From: Gammaproteobacteria bacterium
GTDB lineage: Bacteria; Pseudomonadota; Gammaproteobacteria; Steroidobacterales; Woeseiaceae
Length of the DNA stretch: 64,000 bases
Assembly: GCA_009937505.1 (NCBI GenBank)
Contig: JAACFJ010000006.1
Location: forward strand, 4,923 to 68,922
Reading direction: 5' to 3'
A model generated the notes under the pieces. It searched no databases. It was not told where the DNA came from and saw nothing but the letters and a program-made list of their open reading frames with translations. Position 1 is the first letter of the stretch. The number at the start of each line of letters is the position of its first letter. The translations under genes were made by a program, and so were the position numbers. Positions 49,706 to 58,293 of this stretch are shown here, piece by piece.

Positions 49706-50890
49706 TCAGGACGGGAACGCCCGGCGCCATCCCGACAGCCCGCTATCCAGGTTATGCACTAGCGCATAACCGCGCTTTATCAGCGACTCCGCGGCGAGCA
49801 GGCTCCGGCTCCCCGTTGCGCAAAAGATGACCAGGCTGGACGAGGGATGGAACGGTACGCCGTTTGCGAGCAGTTCGTTCAGCGGGATGTGTTCGGATCC
49901 GGGCAGGCTGTCTGCAAGACGTTCGTGCGTGTCGCGCACGTCGATGAAAACAGCATCTGCCGACTCGAGGAGCTCGGCGGCCTCGACAGGCGATATCTGT
50001 GGGACCAGCGAATCCGGCGCAGCTCCGACGCCGCAGAACGCGTTGTAGTCGACGAGTTCCGTGATCGTGGGGTCGTGCCCGCAGATCGCACACCGCGGGT
50101 CTTTCTGCACATTGAAGCTCGAAAACGCGAGCGCCAGCGCATCGTAATGCACGAGCCTGCCGCTTGCGATCTCGCCGAGGCCGAGCACCAGCTTGATGAC
50201 CTCGGTTGCCTGCAGCGTACCCATCACGCCGGGCAGGACTCCGAGCACACCGCCCTCTGCGCAGGAAGGAGCCATGCCTGGCGGAGGTGGGATGGGAAAC
50301 AGGCAGCGGTAGCAGGGTCCGTCGCCATGGTTGTAGACTGAAAGCTGTCCCTCGAAGGCGAGTATCGATGCCGACACCAGCGGTTTGTTCTCGAGCACGC
50401 AAGCATCGTTGACGAGGTAGCGCGTTGCAAAATTATCGGCGCCGTCGGCGACGAGGTCGTAACGCGAGATGATCTCTCTCGCATTATCGCGGCTTAGTGC
50501 GCAAGCGTGTTCGTCAAAGTCGACGTGCGGGTTCAGGTCGCGAAGCCGCTCTGCGCCACAGGCGAGTTTTGCCATGCCGACCTGGCTGCTGCCGAACAGA
50601 ATCTGGCGGTGCAGGTTCGATGCATCCACGGAGTCGAACTCGACAATGCCGATACGGCCTAAACCGGCGGCCGCCAGGTACATCGCCAATGGTGAGCCGA
50701 GCCCGCCCAGCCCGACGAGTAGCACGGAAGCGCCCTTGAGCCGAGCCTGACCCTCCGGACCCACTTCGCGAAGGCTCAGGTGCCGGCTGTAGTGTGCCAG
50801 CTCGCGTTCCGTGAATGTATCCAACTTACCTGGCACCGAACCCTTACCTGTCTCCGCCCGTCCACCGATTTTGATCATAGCAGCTGCCAC
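49706..50890 (-). CDS. moeB: ThiF/MoeB-type adenylyltransferase fused to a C-terminal rhodanese domain (MoeZ/MoeBR-like)
   Basis: HYSRHLSL...VLLVGLGGLGSP is the nucleotide-binding motif. CxxC pairs (CYRC, CAIC) are present. The C-terminal rhodanese domain has the active loop IFCATGSRS. Confidence 0.85.
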   Translation of the reverse strand: MAAAMIKIGGRAETGKGSVPGKLDTFTERELAHYSRHLSLREVGPEGQARLKGASVLLVGLGGLGSPLAMYLAAAGLGRIGIVEFDSVDASNLHRQILFGSSQVGMAKLACGAERLRDLNPHVDFDEHACALSRDNAREIISRYDLVADGADNFATRYLVNDACVLENKPLVSASILAFEGQLSVYNHGDGPCYRCLFPIPPPPGMAPSCAEGGVLGVLPGVMGTLQATEVIKLVLGLGEIASGRLVHYDALALAFSSFNVQKDPRCAICGHDPTITELVDYNAFCGVGAAPDSLVPQISPVEAAELLESADAVFIDVRDTHERLADSLPGSEHIPLNELLANGVPFHPSSSLVIFCATGSRSLLAAESLIKRGYALVHNLDSGLSGWRRAFPS

Positions 50891-50917
50891 CCGCGAAGAT
50901 TCTGCTACTATTTTTCA

Positions 50918-51661
50918 ATGGCTGAATCCGATTCATTCGATAGGCGCAAGTTCATCAAGGCTTGTGTAGGCGCGGGTGCTGCGGTGGCAGCGGATCCGTC
51001 TCTGATGGCGCAGCCCGCCGGCGAACTTGTGCCGGCCGAGCGGGTCAGGCTGGTGGACGCCGACGAGAAGACACTGCTGCCCGAAGCGCTGGCGGTGGGC
51101 CAGAGTTACGTCTTTCACTACCCCTACGTCACGACACCGTGTTTCCTGATCGACCTGGGTTTACCCACGGAACCCGGCGCCGAGCTCGAAACCTCGGACG
51201 GCCGTCCGTATCGATGGTCCGGCGGCGTCGGGCCCGGCCGCTCGATCGTCGCGTTCTCGGCGATCTGCGCACACCGGATGAGCTACCCGACGCGCAATGT
51301 CAGCTTCATCGACTACCGCCACAAGCCCATGAACACCGAGGCACCGGGCAACGACTGGTGGTCACGCGGGCAGGTTATCTATTGTTGTTCGGAAGGTAGC
51401 GTCTACGATCCGAGCGACGGGGCCCGCGTGCTGGCGGGGCCTGCACCGCAGCCACTTGCAGCCGTGCGCCTCGAGTATGACGATGATGAAAAAGCGCTTT
51501 ATGCGACCGGCGTCTACGGTGGCGATATGCTCGAGCGGTTTCTTACCGAATTCGGCTTCCAGGTTGCCCTTGCGCACAAGCGTGATGACATCCGGCACCC
51601 CGCGCGGAATGTAACCACTGTCTGGCCTATGAGCGAATATTCGCGCACGGGCGCCTGCTAG
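50918..51661 (+). CDS. Tat-exported Rieske-like domain protein with a degenerate second cluster-binding box
   Basis: The Tat motif is SFDRRKFIKACVGAGAA. The first Rieske box CAH is present (AICAHRMSY). The second box reads YCCSEGSVYD instead of CPCHGSxFD. Confidence 0.6.
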   Translation: MAESDSFDRRKFIKACVGAGAAVAADPSLMAQPAGELVPAERVRLVDADEKTLLPEALAVGQSYVFHYPYVTTPCFLIDLGLPTEPGAELETSDGRPYRWSGGVGPGRSIVAFSAICAHRMSYPTRNVSFIDYRHKPMNTEAPGNDWWSRGQVIYCCSEGSVYDPSDGARVLAGPAPQPLAAVRLEYDDDEKALYATGVYGGDMLERFLTEFGFQVALAHKRDDIRHPARNVTTVWPMSEYSRTGAC

Positions 51662-52305
51662 GAATTGTCGGTCCCTTCGAGGTATTCCGCTATGTCGGCG
51701 TGGCCCGCCGACCGTGCGATCGTTGCTGCGGTATTGCCATTCCGATCCTCGGTAGCACGGTCTGCGCCATGAGACAGGAGTAACCGGATCATCCCGAGGT
51801 CTCCGCTCGCGGCGGCAATGTGCAGTGCGGTCGCACCGTCCTCCTGGCGAACGCCGAGGTCGGCGCCGGGGCTCTCTAGCAGCAGTCGCACAAAGTCGAG
51901 GCGGCGCCTGTCGACGGCGCGCATCAATGGCGTCCATCCATAGGTATCGCGAACCCCCTGGTCCGCTCCGGCATCGAGCAGGACCTCGGCCACCCCCGTG
52001 TATCCCTTGACCGCGGCCAGTGCGAGGGCCGTCCAGCCGAGCTTGGCCTTGCTGTCCGTGCGTGCACCCGCCTTCACGAGCAGGCTCGTCACCAGCGGGT
52101 CGCCGCTGAGCGCCGCGAACATCAGCGCCGTTGCGCCGCCGGCATTACTGGCATTCACGTCGGCGCCTGCCGAGATGATTCGTGCGACGGCAGCGGCATC
52201 ACCCTGCCGCGCTGCGGACATCAGCGGGGTTTTCCCTTCGGCATCCGGGTCCTGCAGCAACTGGCCACCAGCGGTGGCGAAGGGCAGGCCCAGAAACAAC
52301 AACAC
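51658..52305 (-). CDS. Ankyrin-repeat protein, probably exported
   Basis: At least five ANK repeats are present (GKTPLMSAARQGD..., GATALMFAAL, GWTALALAAVKG, GWTPLMRAV, GATALHIAAASG, GNTAATIA). The start was set at the GTG at 52305, just after the FDH terminator, which gives a short hydrophobic leader. The exact start is uncertain. Confidence 0.75.
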   Translation of the reverse strand: MLLFLGLPFATAGGQLLQDPDAEGKTPLMSAARQGDAAAVARIISAGADVNASNAGGATALMFAALSGDPLVTSLLVKAGARTDSKAKLGWTALALAAVKGYTGVAEVLLDAGADQGVRDTYGWTPLMRAVDRRRLDFVRLLLESPGADLGVRQEDGATALHIAAASGDLGMIRLLLSHGADRATEDRNGNTAATIARSAGHADIAEYLEGTDNS

Positions 52306-52308
52306 AAC

Positions 52309-52336
52309 GAAAAACCGGCCGGCAAAAGCCGGCCGG
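52309..52336 (-). terminator. Rho-independent terminator after the formate dehydrogenase gamma subunit
   Basis: On the - strand, CCGGCCGGC-tttt-GCCGGCCGG is followed by TTTTTCG, about 30 nt past the stop at 52367. Confidence 0.7.
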
Positions 52337-52366
52337 TCCGTTAGTGGTTTATCGGTCCGCCGTGGT

Positions 52367-53425
52367 TCAGGTCGCGGGGGCACTCGACGCGCCCGGAGCT
52401 GCCTCGCCTTCCGCAGGCGCAGCGCTACCCTTGACTTCTTCGTACCAGACGCTGTGATGCTGCCTGGCAAAGCCTTCGTCGACTTCGCCGCTCACCATGC
52501 CCTCGAGTACGCCTTCGGTGCCGACGCTGCCGAGATAGATGTGCCCCAGCGCAACGGCAATCAGGAACAGCCCGGAGGAAGCGTGAATGATGTGCCAGAA
52601 CTGCATCGATTCCCGTACAGTTTCAAGATTCGGGAACAGCAAATAGACACCCGAGAGCGTCATTGCGACCCCGCCCAGGAAAATCATCCAGTAGAAGACT
52701 TTTTCACCGGCGTTAAAGAAACCGGCCGGCGGATGACCGTCACCGATCGCGCCGCCCAGGGACTTCAGCCACTCGAAGTCGTAGCTCTTCACGCTGTTTT
52801 TACCAATCCACATGAGCAACATCAGGAACAGGCCTGCGGCAAAAGGCAGTGCGAGATAGTCGTGGACGGGTTTTGCTATCTGCGCCCAGGCGGCAAAGCC
52901 CTCCTTGCCCATCAACGGAATGAGTACGTTCTTTCCGAAGATCAGGCTGAGGCCGGTAATCGCCAGGATTATGAACGAGATGGCGACATACCAGTGCATC
53001 ACGCGTTCGAACGTCGACCAGCGCGTTATCGTGCGCCCGGTGCGTGACTCGAGCTTGTCCTTGCCCTTGACGATGTGCTTCGCCGCAAGCAAGAGTAGTA
53101 CGGCGATGATCAGCGACGCACCATAGAAAGACACCGGGCCGTTTCGAACCGCGCGCCAGTTCTGCCCGCCATTCTGAATCAGCACGCCGGTCTCCTGGCC
53201 CGACACGGCAGAGTACCCTTCGGTGCCGCCACGCACGGCACGCCAGTATTCAGCACGCGGATTCACGGCTTCCTTGTCCGCATCCTCGGCCGCCAGCGCC
53301 AGGCCGGCGTCGTGGGCGAAATACCCTGTCAGCGGTAATGCCATGGAAACCATCAGCGACACTACGACAGTAACGAGGACGGCACGACGGCGGCCCCGTT
53401 GTTTGCTAGTTTTTTGTTCGCGCAT
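52367..53425 (-). CDS. Formate dehydrogenase gamma (cytochrome b) subunit with a periplasmic N-terminal extension
   Basis: It has an FdnI/Ni-Fe-hydrogenase b-type cytochrome pattern (RWSTFERVMHWYVAISFIILAITG, conserved His residues, four transmembrane helices). It is the last gene of the FDH operon. Confidence 0.85.
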   Translation of the reverse strand: MREQKTSKQRGRRRAVLVTVVVSLMVSMALPLTGYFAHDAGLALAAEDADKEAVNPRAEYWRAVRGGTEGYSAVSGQETGVLIQNGGQNWRAVRNGPVSFYGASLIIAVLLLLAAKHIVKGKDKLESRTGRTITRWSTFERVMHWYVAISFIILAITGLSLIFGKNVLIPLMGKEGFAAWAQIAKPVHDYLALPFAAGLFLMLLMWIGKNSVKSYDFEWLKSLGGAIGDGHPPAGFFNAGEKVFYWMIFLGGVAMTLSGVYLLFPNLETVRESMQFWHIIHASSGLFLIAVALGHIYLGSVGTEGVLEGMVSGEVDEGFARQHHSVWYEEVKGSAAPAEGEAAPGASSAPAT

Positions 53426-53497
53426 TGACCAGGCTCCTGTTTGCGCCACGACCCCAGCCGGGTCGCGGCGTCCATTCGCTTCTCCGGACCGGCCTGG

Positions 53498-53722
53498 CTA
53501 CCGGTCCGACTGCCCCTTGGCAAATCGCTCCTGCAGTGTCTGGATTTGCTGCGGATTCTGCTGCTTTGCCAGCAGCGGGTCCACGCCACCCTTGTAGACA
53601 CCCGGTTCGTGCAAGGTTACGTCCGCCCGTTCCGCACAGGCGGTCAAGCTCATCGACATAACAGTGAGGGCCAGCGCCGTTGCCAGCTGGCGCTGCCCCT
53701 TTTTCTTGACTGTTGTCATCAT
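53498..53722 (-). CDS. Small lipoprotein (74 aa) inside the FDH operon
   Basis: MMTTVKKKGQRQLATALALTVMSMSLTAC carries a lipobox. It lies between the Fe-S and cytochrome b subunit genes. Confidence 0.5.
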   Translation of the reverse strand: MMTTVKKKGQRQLATALALTVMSMSLTACAERADVTLHEPGVYKGGVDPLLAKQQNPQQIQTLQERFAKGQSDR

Positions 53723-53747
53723 TTTTATTCCCGCAACGCCCAGTAGA

Positions 53748-54297
53748 TCAGGCGTCGCCCTTGTAGGCGGTCTCCCAGCCCCAGGTCTCGGGGCGTCCGC
53801 CGCGCTTCGTAATCCGCTCGCGGTAAATGTCTGCAACCATATCACCGTCGCCCGCAAGCAGAGCCTTCGTGCTGCACATCTCGGCGCACAGTGGCAGCTT
53901 GCCCTCGGCAATACGGTTTTGACCGTACTTCTCGAGCTCGGCGGCGGAGTTGTTGTCCTCGGGACCGCCCGCGCAGAACGTGCACTTGTCCATCTTGCCG
54001 CGCACGCCAAAGGCCTCCTGCTGCGGGAACTGCGGTGCCCCGAACGGGCAGGCATAGAAGCAGTAGCCGCAACCGATGCAGAGATCCTTGTCGTGCAGGA
54101 CGATGCCGTCGTCGGTCGTGTAGAAACAGTCGACCGGGCACCGATACCGATTTCTCACCGGGAACACCGTCATCGAGAGTCACGACGCGGCGCCTGTTGA
54201 CGCCCCATGGAACTTCGTGCTCGTTCTTGCAGGCCGTTACACAACCGTTGCACTCGATGCAGCGCTCGGCGTCACAAAGAAATTTCATACGTGCCAT
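53748..54297 (-). pseudogene. Formate dehydrogenase iron-sulfur (beta) subunit, interrupted by an internal deletion and frameshift near 54140-54141
   Basis: The N-terminal frame reads MARMKFLCDAERCIECNGCVTACKNEHEVPWGVNRRRVVTLDDGVPGEKSVS. The C-terminal frame resumes at CPVDCFYTTDDGIVLHDKDLCIGCGYCFYACPFGAPQF...KCTFC. The expected ..ACMHC.DAPC.. cluster motif between them is absent. The 550 nt are not divisible by 3. Confidence 0.85.
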
Positions 54298-54308
54298 GAT
54301 CGAGCCTC

Positions 54309-57155
54309 CTAAGCCGCGGTGATCTTGCAGAGAGATGCTTTCGTTTCCTGCATCTGAGTGACGGAGTCATAACCGTAGGTGAAGGCAGTGTTAGCCGCCT
54401 CGCCCCGCACATACGGCGCGGCGCCCTCCGGATACTTGTCCAACAGGTCCTTACCCTGGTACCAGCCGCCGAAGTGGAATGGCGTGAACACGACGCCACG
54501 CTCCACTCTCGGCGTCACCATGGCTTTTATCTTGATCTTCGCGCCCTCGGGGCTTTCCAGCCACACCCACTGGCCGTCGCGTACACCCGCGTTGTTGGCA
54601 TCGGCCGGGTTGATCTCTGCGAACATGTCCTGCTGCAGTTCGGCGAGCCATGGATTGGAGCGACTCTCCTCGCCGCCGCCCTCGTACTCGACCAGGCGTC
54701 CGCTGGTGTGGATGAGCGGGAAGTCCTTCGAGTAGTCCTTGGCCTGGATCGAGCCGTAGCCGAGGTCGCGCCGCGACGTGTACAGCGGCTCACGGTGTAT
54801 CGGGACCGGGTCCGGGAAAGTCCAGACGACGGTTCTAGCCTTGGCGTTGCCGAACGGTGCGCAACCGTGTTTGATCGCGACGCGCTGGATGCCGCCGGAG
54901 AGGTCGGTCTTCCAGTTCTTGCCCTCGGCCGCCTTTTTCTCGTCGGCCGTGAGCTCGTCCCACCAGCCGAGCTGCTTGAGCATGTCGGCCGTGAATTCCG
55001 GATAGCCGTCCTGGATCTCGGCGCCCTTGCTGTACGAGTCCTCTGCAAGGAGATTTACACCGTTACGTTCGACACCGAAGCGGGCACGGAAGTTGAGGCC
55101 GCCCTCAGCGACATGTTTGCTGGTGTCGTAAAGTATCGGTGTGCCCGGGTGTTTCATGTCCGGGGTTCCCCACGACGGCCACGGCAGCCCGTAGTAGTCT
55201 CCGTCGCACGGCCCGCCCTCGGCTTTCAGTGTCGTCACGTTGAAGGTGTGCTTGTTCTCCATGTGGAGCTTGAGCCGCTCCGGACTCTGGCCCGTGTAGC
55301 CGATCGTCCACATGCCGCGATTGATCTCGCGCAGGATGTCTTCGATCAGCGGCTCGTCGTTCTCGACCTTGATGTTCTTGAACAGCTCGTCGGAGAATTC
55401 GAGTTTCTTCGACAGCTTGTACATGATCGTGTGGTCGGGAAGCGCCTCGAAGAGCGGCTCGATGAGCTTGTCGCGCCACTGCAGCGAGCGGTTCGATGCG
55501 GTGACCGAGCCGTAGGTCTCGAACTGCGTCGCGGCGGGCAGCAGGTAGACGCCTTCCTCCCGGTCGGGCAGGACCGCCGTGTGCGTCGGATACGGATCGA
55601 CGACGACGACGAGGTCGAGCTTCTCGAGCGCTTTCTTCATCTCCGGACCGCGGGTCTGGCTGTTCGGTGCGTGGCCCCAGAAGAACATCGCTTTGAGCTG
55701 GTTACGCTGGTCGATCAGCTCGGCTTCTTCGAGCACACCGTCGACCCAGCGCGAGACCGGCATGCCGGCCGAGTTCATCGGGTTCGCGAACGGTACCGGC
55801 CCGTCTTCGGCATTGCCGGTGTTGGCATATTCGGTGTCGAAGCGGCCCCGGACCCAATCGTAGTCGAGGCCCCATACGCGAGACCAGTGCTTCCATGAAC
55901 CGTCCGACAGGCCGTAGTAGCCAGGCAGCGTGTGCGAGAGAATACCGAGATCCGTTGCGCCCTGGACGTTGTCGTGGCCGCGGAAGATATTCGCGCCGCC
56001 GCCGGATACGCCTACATTACCGAGCGCCAGCTGCATCGCGCAGTAAGCTCTCGTGTTGTTGTTGCCGATCGTGTGCTGCGTGCCACCCATGCACCAGACG
56101 ATTGTGCCGGGCCGGTTTTCGGCCATGGTCCTGGCGGCGAGCGCCACCTGTTCTTCGGGAACGCCCGTGACGTTCTCGACGACGTCCGGTGTCCACTTGG
56201 CGACTTCGGCGCGGATCTCGTCCATGCCGTAAACGCGCTGCTGGATGTACTCCTCGTCCTCCCAGCCGTTCTCGAAAACGTGCCACAGGATGCCCCAGAT
56301 GATGGGAACATCCGTACCCGGGCGGATGCGGAGGAATTGGTCGGCATGCGCGGCCGTGCGCGTGAAGCGCGGGTCGACGACGATCATCTTTGCGCCGTTT
56401 TCCTTGCCGCGCAGTATGTGCTGCATCGCAACCGGGTGTGCTTCTGCGGCATTACTGCCGATGAAAAACATCGCCTTGCAGTTGTGCATGTCGTTGTAAG
56501 AATTGGTCATCGCGCCGTAGCCCCAGGTGTTGGCTACGCCCGCGACCGTCGTCGAGTGGCAGATGCGCGCCTGGTGGTCGACGTTGTTCGTGCCCCACAG
56601 GGCTGCGTACTTGCGGAACAGGTAGGCCTGTTCGTTGTTGAACTTGGCCGAACCGAGCCAGTACACCGAATCCGGACCATATTGTTCGCGGATGTCGAGC
56701 ACCTTGTCGCCGATCTCGTCGATCGCCTGTTCCCAGGAGAGACGGGTCCAATTGCCGCCCGTGAGCTTCATCGGGTATTTGAGCCGGCGCTCGCCGTGGC
56801 CGTGCTCGCGAACGGATGCGCCCTTCGCGCAATGGCCGCCCATGTTGAACGGAGAATCGAAATCCGGTTCCTGTCCGGTCCAGACGCCGTTCTGTACTTC
56901 GGCGACAACGCCGCAGCCCACCGAGCAGTGGGTGCAGACTGACTTGCGGATTTCCGATTCGACGCCGGGGTCGATTCTCTCGGCACTTGCGCGCCGGATC
57001 ATCGTCGTGGGCAGTGTCGCCGCCACGGCTGTACCGCCGAGGCCGAGGCCTGCGCGCCGCAGGAAGGCGCGGCGATCCACGGTGGAGCCGAGCACGCCGC
57101 TCGATACACTGGCCGATTCGGTGGCGGTGAGGTCTCGCTTCTTGATCAGCTTCAT
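54309..57155 (-). CDS. fdhA: Formate dehydrogenase catalytic (alpha) subunit: molybdo/tungstopterin, Tat-exported, Cys-type
   Basis: The Tat signal is VDRRAFLRRAGLGLGG. The N-terminal 4Fe-4S motif is CTHCSVGCG. The active-site region ARICHSTTVAG has Cys at the Sec/Cys position. The product is 948 aa. Confidence 0.95.
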   Translation of the reverse strand: MKLIKKRDLTATESASVSSGVLGSTVDRRAFLRRAGLGLGGTAVAATLPTTMIRRASAERIDPGVESEIRKSVCTHCSVGCGVVAEVQNGVWTGQEPDFDSPFNMGGHCAKGASVREHGHGERRLKYPMKLTGGNWTRLSWEQAIDEIGDKVLDIREQYGPDSVYWLGSAKFNNEQAYLFRKYAALWGTNNVDHQARICHSTTVAGVANTWGYGAMTNSYNDMHNCKAMFFIGSNAAEAHPVAMQHILRGKENGAKMIVVDPRFTRTAAHADQFLRIRPGTDVPIIWGILWHVFENGWEDEEYIQQRVYGMDEIRAEVAKWTPDVVENVTGVPEEQVALAARTMAENRPGTIVWCMGGTQHTIGNNNTRAYCAMQLALGNVGVSGGGANIFRGHDNVQGATDLGILSHTLPGYYGLSDGSWKHWSRVWGLDYDWVRGRFDTEYANTGNAEDGPVPFANPMNSAGMPVSRWVDGVLEEAELIDQRNQLKAMFFWGHAPNSQTRGPEMKKALEKLDLVVVVDPYPTHTAVLPDREEGVYLLPAATQFETYGSVTASNRSLQWRDKLIEPLFEALPDHTIMYKLSKKLEFSDELFKNIKVENDEPLIEDILREINRGMWTIGYTGQSPERLKLHMENKHTFNVTTLKAEGGPCDGDYYGLPWPSWGTPDMKHPGTPILYDTSKHVAEGGLNFRARFGVERNGVNLLAEDSYSKGAEIQDGYPEFTADMLKQLGWWDELTADEKKAAEGKNWKTDLSGGIQRVAIKHGCAPFGNAKARTVVWTFPDPVPIHREPLYTSRRDLGYGSIQAKDYSKDFPLIHTSGRLVEYEGGGEESRSNPWLAELQQDMFAEINPADANNAGVRDGQWVWLESPEGAKIKIKAMVTPRVERGVVFTPFHFGGWYQGKDLLDKYPEGAAPYVRGEAANTAFTYGYDSVTQMQETKASLCKITAA

Positions 57156-57209
57156 CGCTAATCTCCCAAGGTTGGTTGCTGTTGCTCTGCAGTCCGGTGA
57201 TTAGGCCGG

Positions 57210-57419
57210 TTACAGGCGAGCAGAACGGTAATAGCTGCGAATGTGGGGGGTTTCGTGATAACCCTTTTGTTTGGCCGGCTCGGGCGCGGTGCCCTGCTCC
57301 GGTGAGGCGACGGCCGCACGGCCGGACATTGCGACCGCTGCCGTTGCGCCCCCCGCCGCAGCCAGCTTCTTGAGAAATGTACGCCGATCAGCGGTGTACG
57401 AACTCGATTTACGACTCAT
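57210..57419 (-). CDS. Small twin-arginine protein of the formate-dehydrogenase-region TAT-target type
   Basis: The 69-aa product reads MSRKSSSYTADRRTFLKKLAAAGGATAAVAMSG...YHETPHIRSYYRSARL. It lies directly upstream of fdhA, as described for this small-protein family. Confidence 0.7.
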   Translation of the reverse strand: MSRKSSSYTADRRTFLKKLAAAGGATAAVAMSGRAAVASPEQGTAPEPAKQKGYHETPHIRSYYRSARL

Positions 57420-58098
57420 CTCCTGAAATACCGGGGCGAACCGGCTCGGGCGGCGCGGCGTCCGAGCGTTCCACCATTTCCAGGTAACTTTGGTCCGTAT
57501 TAATGTATTGCTCTCCAAGCTGGCCCACGGCCCGGTAGAAACGCGCCGCGTTAGCCTCCTGCATGTCGCGGAAGAAGCGCGCCATCCAGGTTCCGATATG
57601 GGTTTCGAAAAACGCAGCCTGCACCTCGAGACTGCCGGGACGGGTGTCTTCTGCAAGCAACGCCATGATTTCGCAGAGCGCCGCAGCGTGATCCTCGGGC
57701 TCGGCCACGTTGTCCTGACGCTCGAAGCCGAGCTTTTGCATGTCGGTGCGGAGCCGGGCGAGCGGCTGTTCCATCAGGAACCCCGTGAGGTACCACGATG
57801 CGAACGGGACGAGCTCGCCGCGGCCGAGGCCGATGAACAAGGCCTCGTATTCGTCAACCACCTGGTCTGCCGTCGAGCGCTCGGCGGACAGCGCAAGCAT
57901 CCGCCAGGCGACGGCGAGGAGGTTGTCTTCGTTGCTGACGGGGGCGGTTGCGAACAGGCCGAGCGTCTCCGCGTCCGGCGGTGCCGCAAGCAGCCGGCCG
58001 AGAACCCGGTAGGTATCGGCGCGGAGCTGGTCTTCCGGCTCCGGAGACGCGATGCCGGCAGAAGCGGTTGCGTCGTGTGTTGCAGGTGCTTCGGTCAT
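57409..58098 (-). CDS. TorD/DmsD-family redox-enzyme maturation chaperone
   Basis: RADTYRVLGRLLAAPPD...EYEALFIG...PFASWY...EPEDHAAALCEIMA is typical of the TorD-like family. It lies upstream of the Tat-dependent FDH. Confidence 0.8.
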   Translation of the reverse strand: MTEAPATHDATASAGIASPEPEDQLRADTYRVLGRLLAAPPDAETLGLFATAPVSNEDNLLAVAWRMLALSAERSTADQVVDEYEALFIGLGRGELVPFASWYLTGFLMEQPLARLRTDMQKLGFERQDNVAEPEDHAAALCEIMALLAEDTRPGSLEVQAAFFETHIGTWMARFFRDMQEANAARFYRAVGQLGEQYINTDQSYLEMVERSDAAPPEPVRPGISGDES

Positions 58099-58293
58099 AT
58101 ATTCCGAGCCCGCTGTTCCCCCACTTGTTTCAATGTAGTTTAGTCAAATAAGGCGGCAGCTGCTACTGACAATAAATCACTATGGAGGGCTAAAAAATCA
58201 GAGCTTTATGAGGCCAGCAAGCCCAATATGCGACATTTTGTCCATGCAATGCCCTGTTGCCGCGAAACACGCCGTGCGCTGGCCGCCCCCGGT

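Noticed and set aside
54309-57155. A possible selenocysteine (in-frame TGA) in the formate dehydrogenase alpha subunit.
   Set aside because: The ORF is uninterrupted, and the active-site position reads Cys (ARICHSTTVAG). No SECIS-type read-through needs to be invoked.
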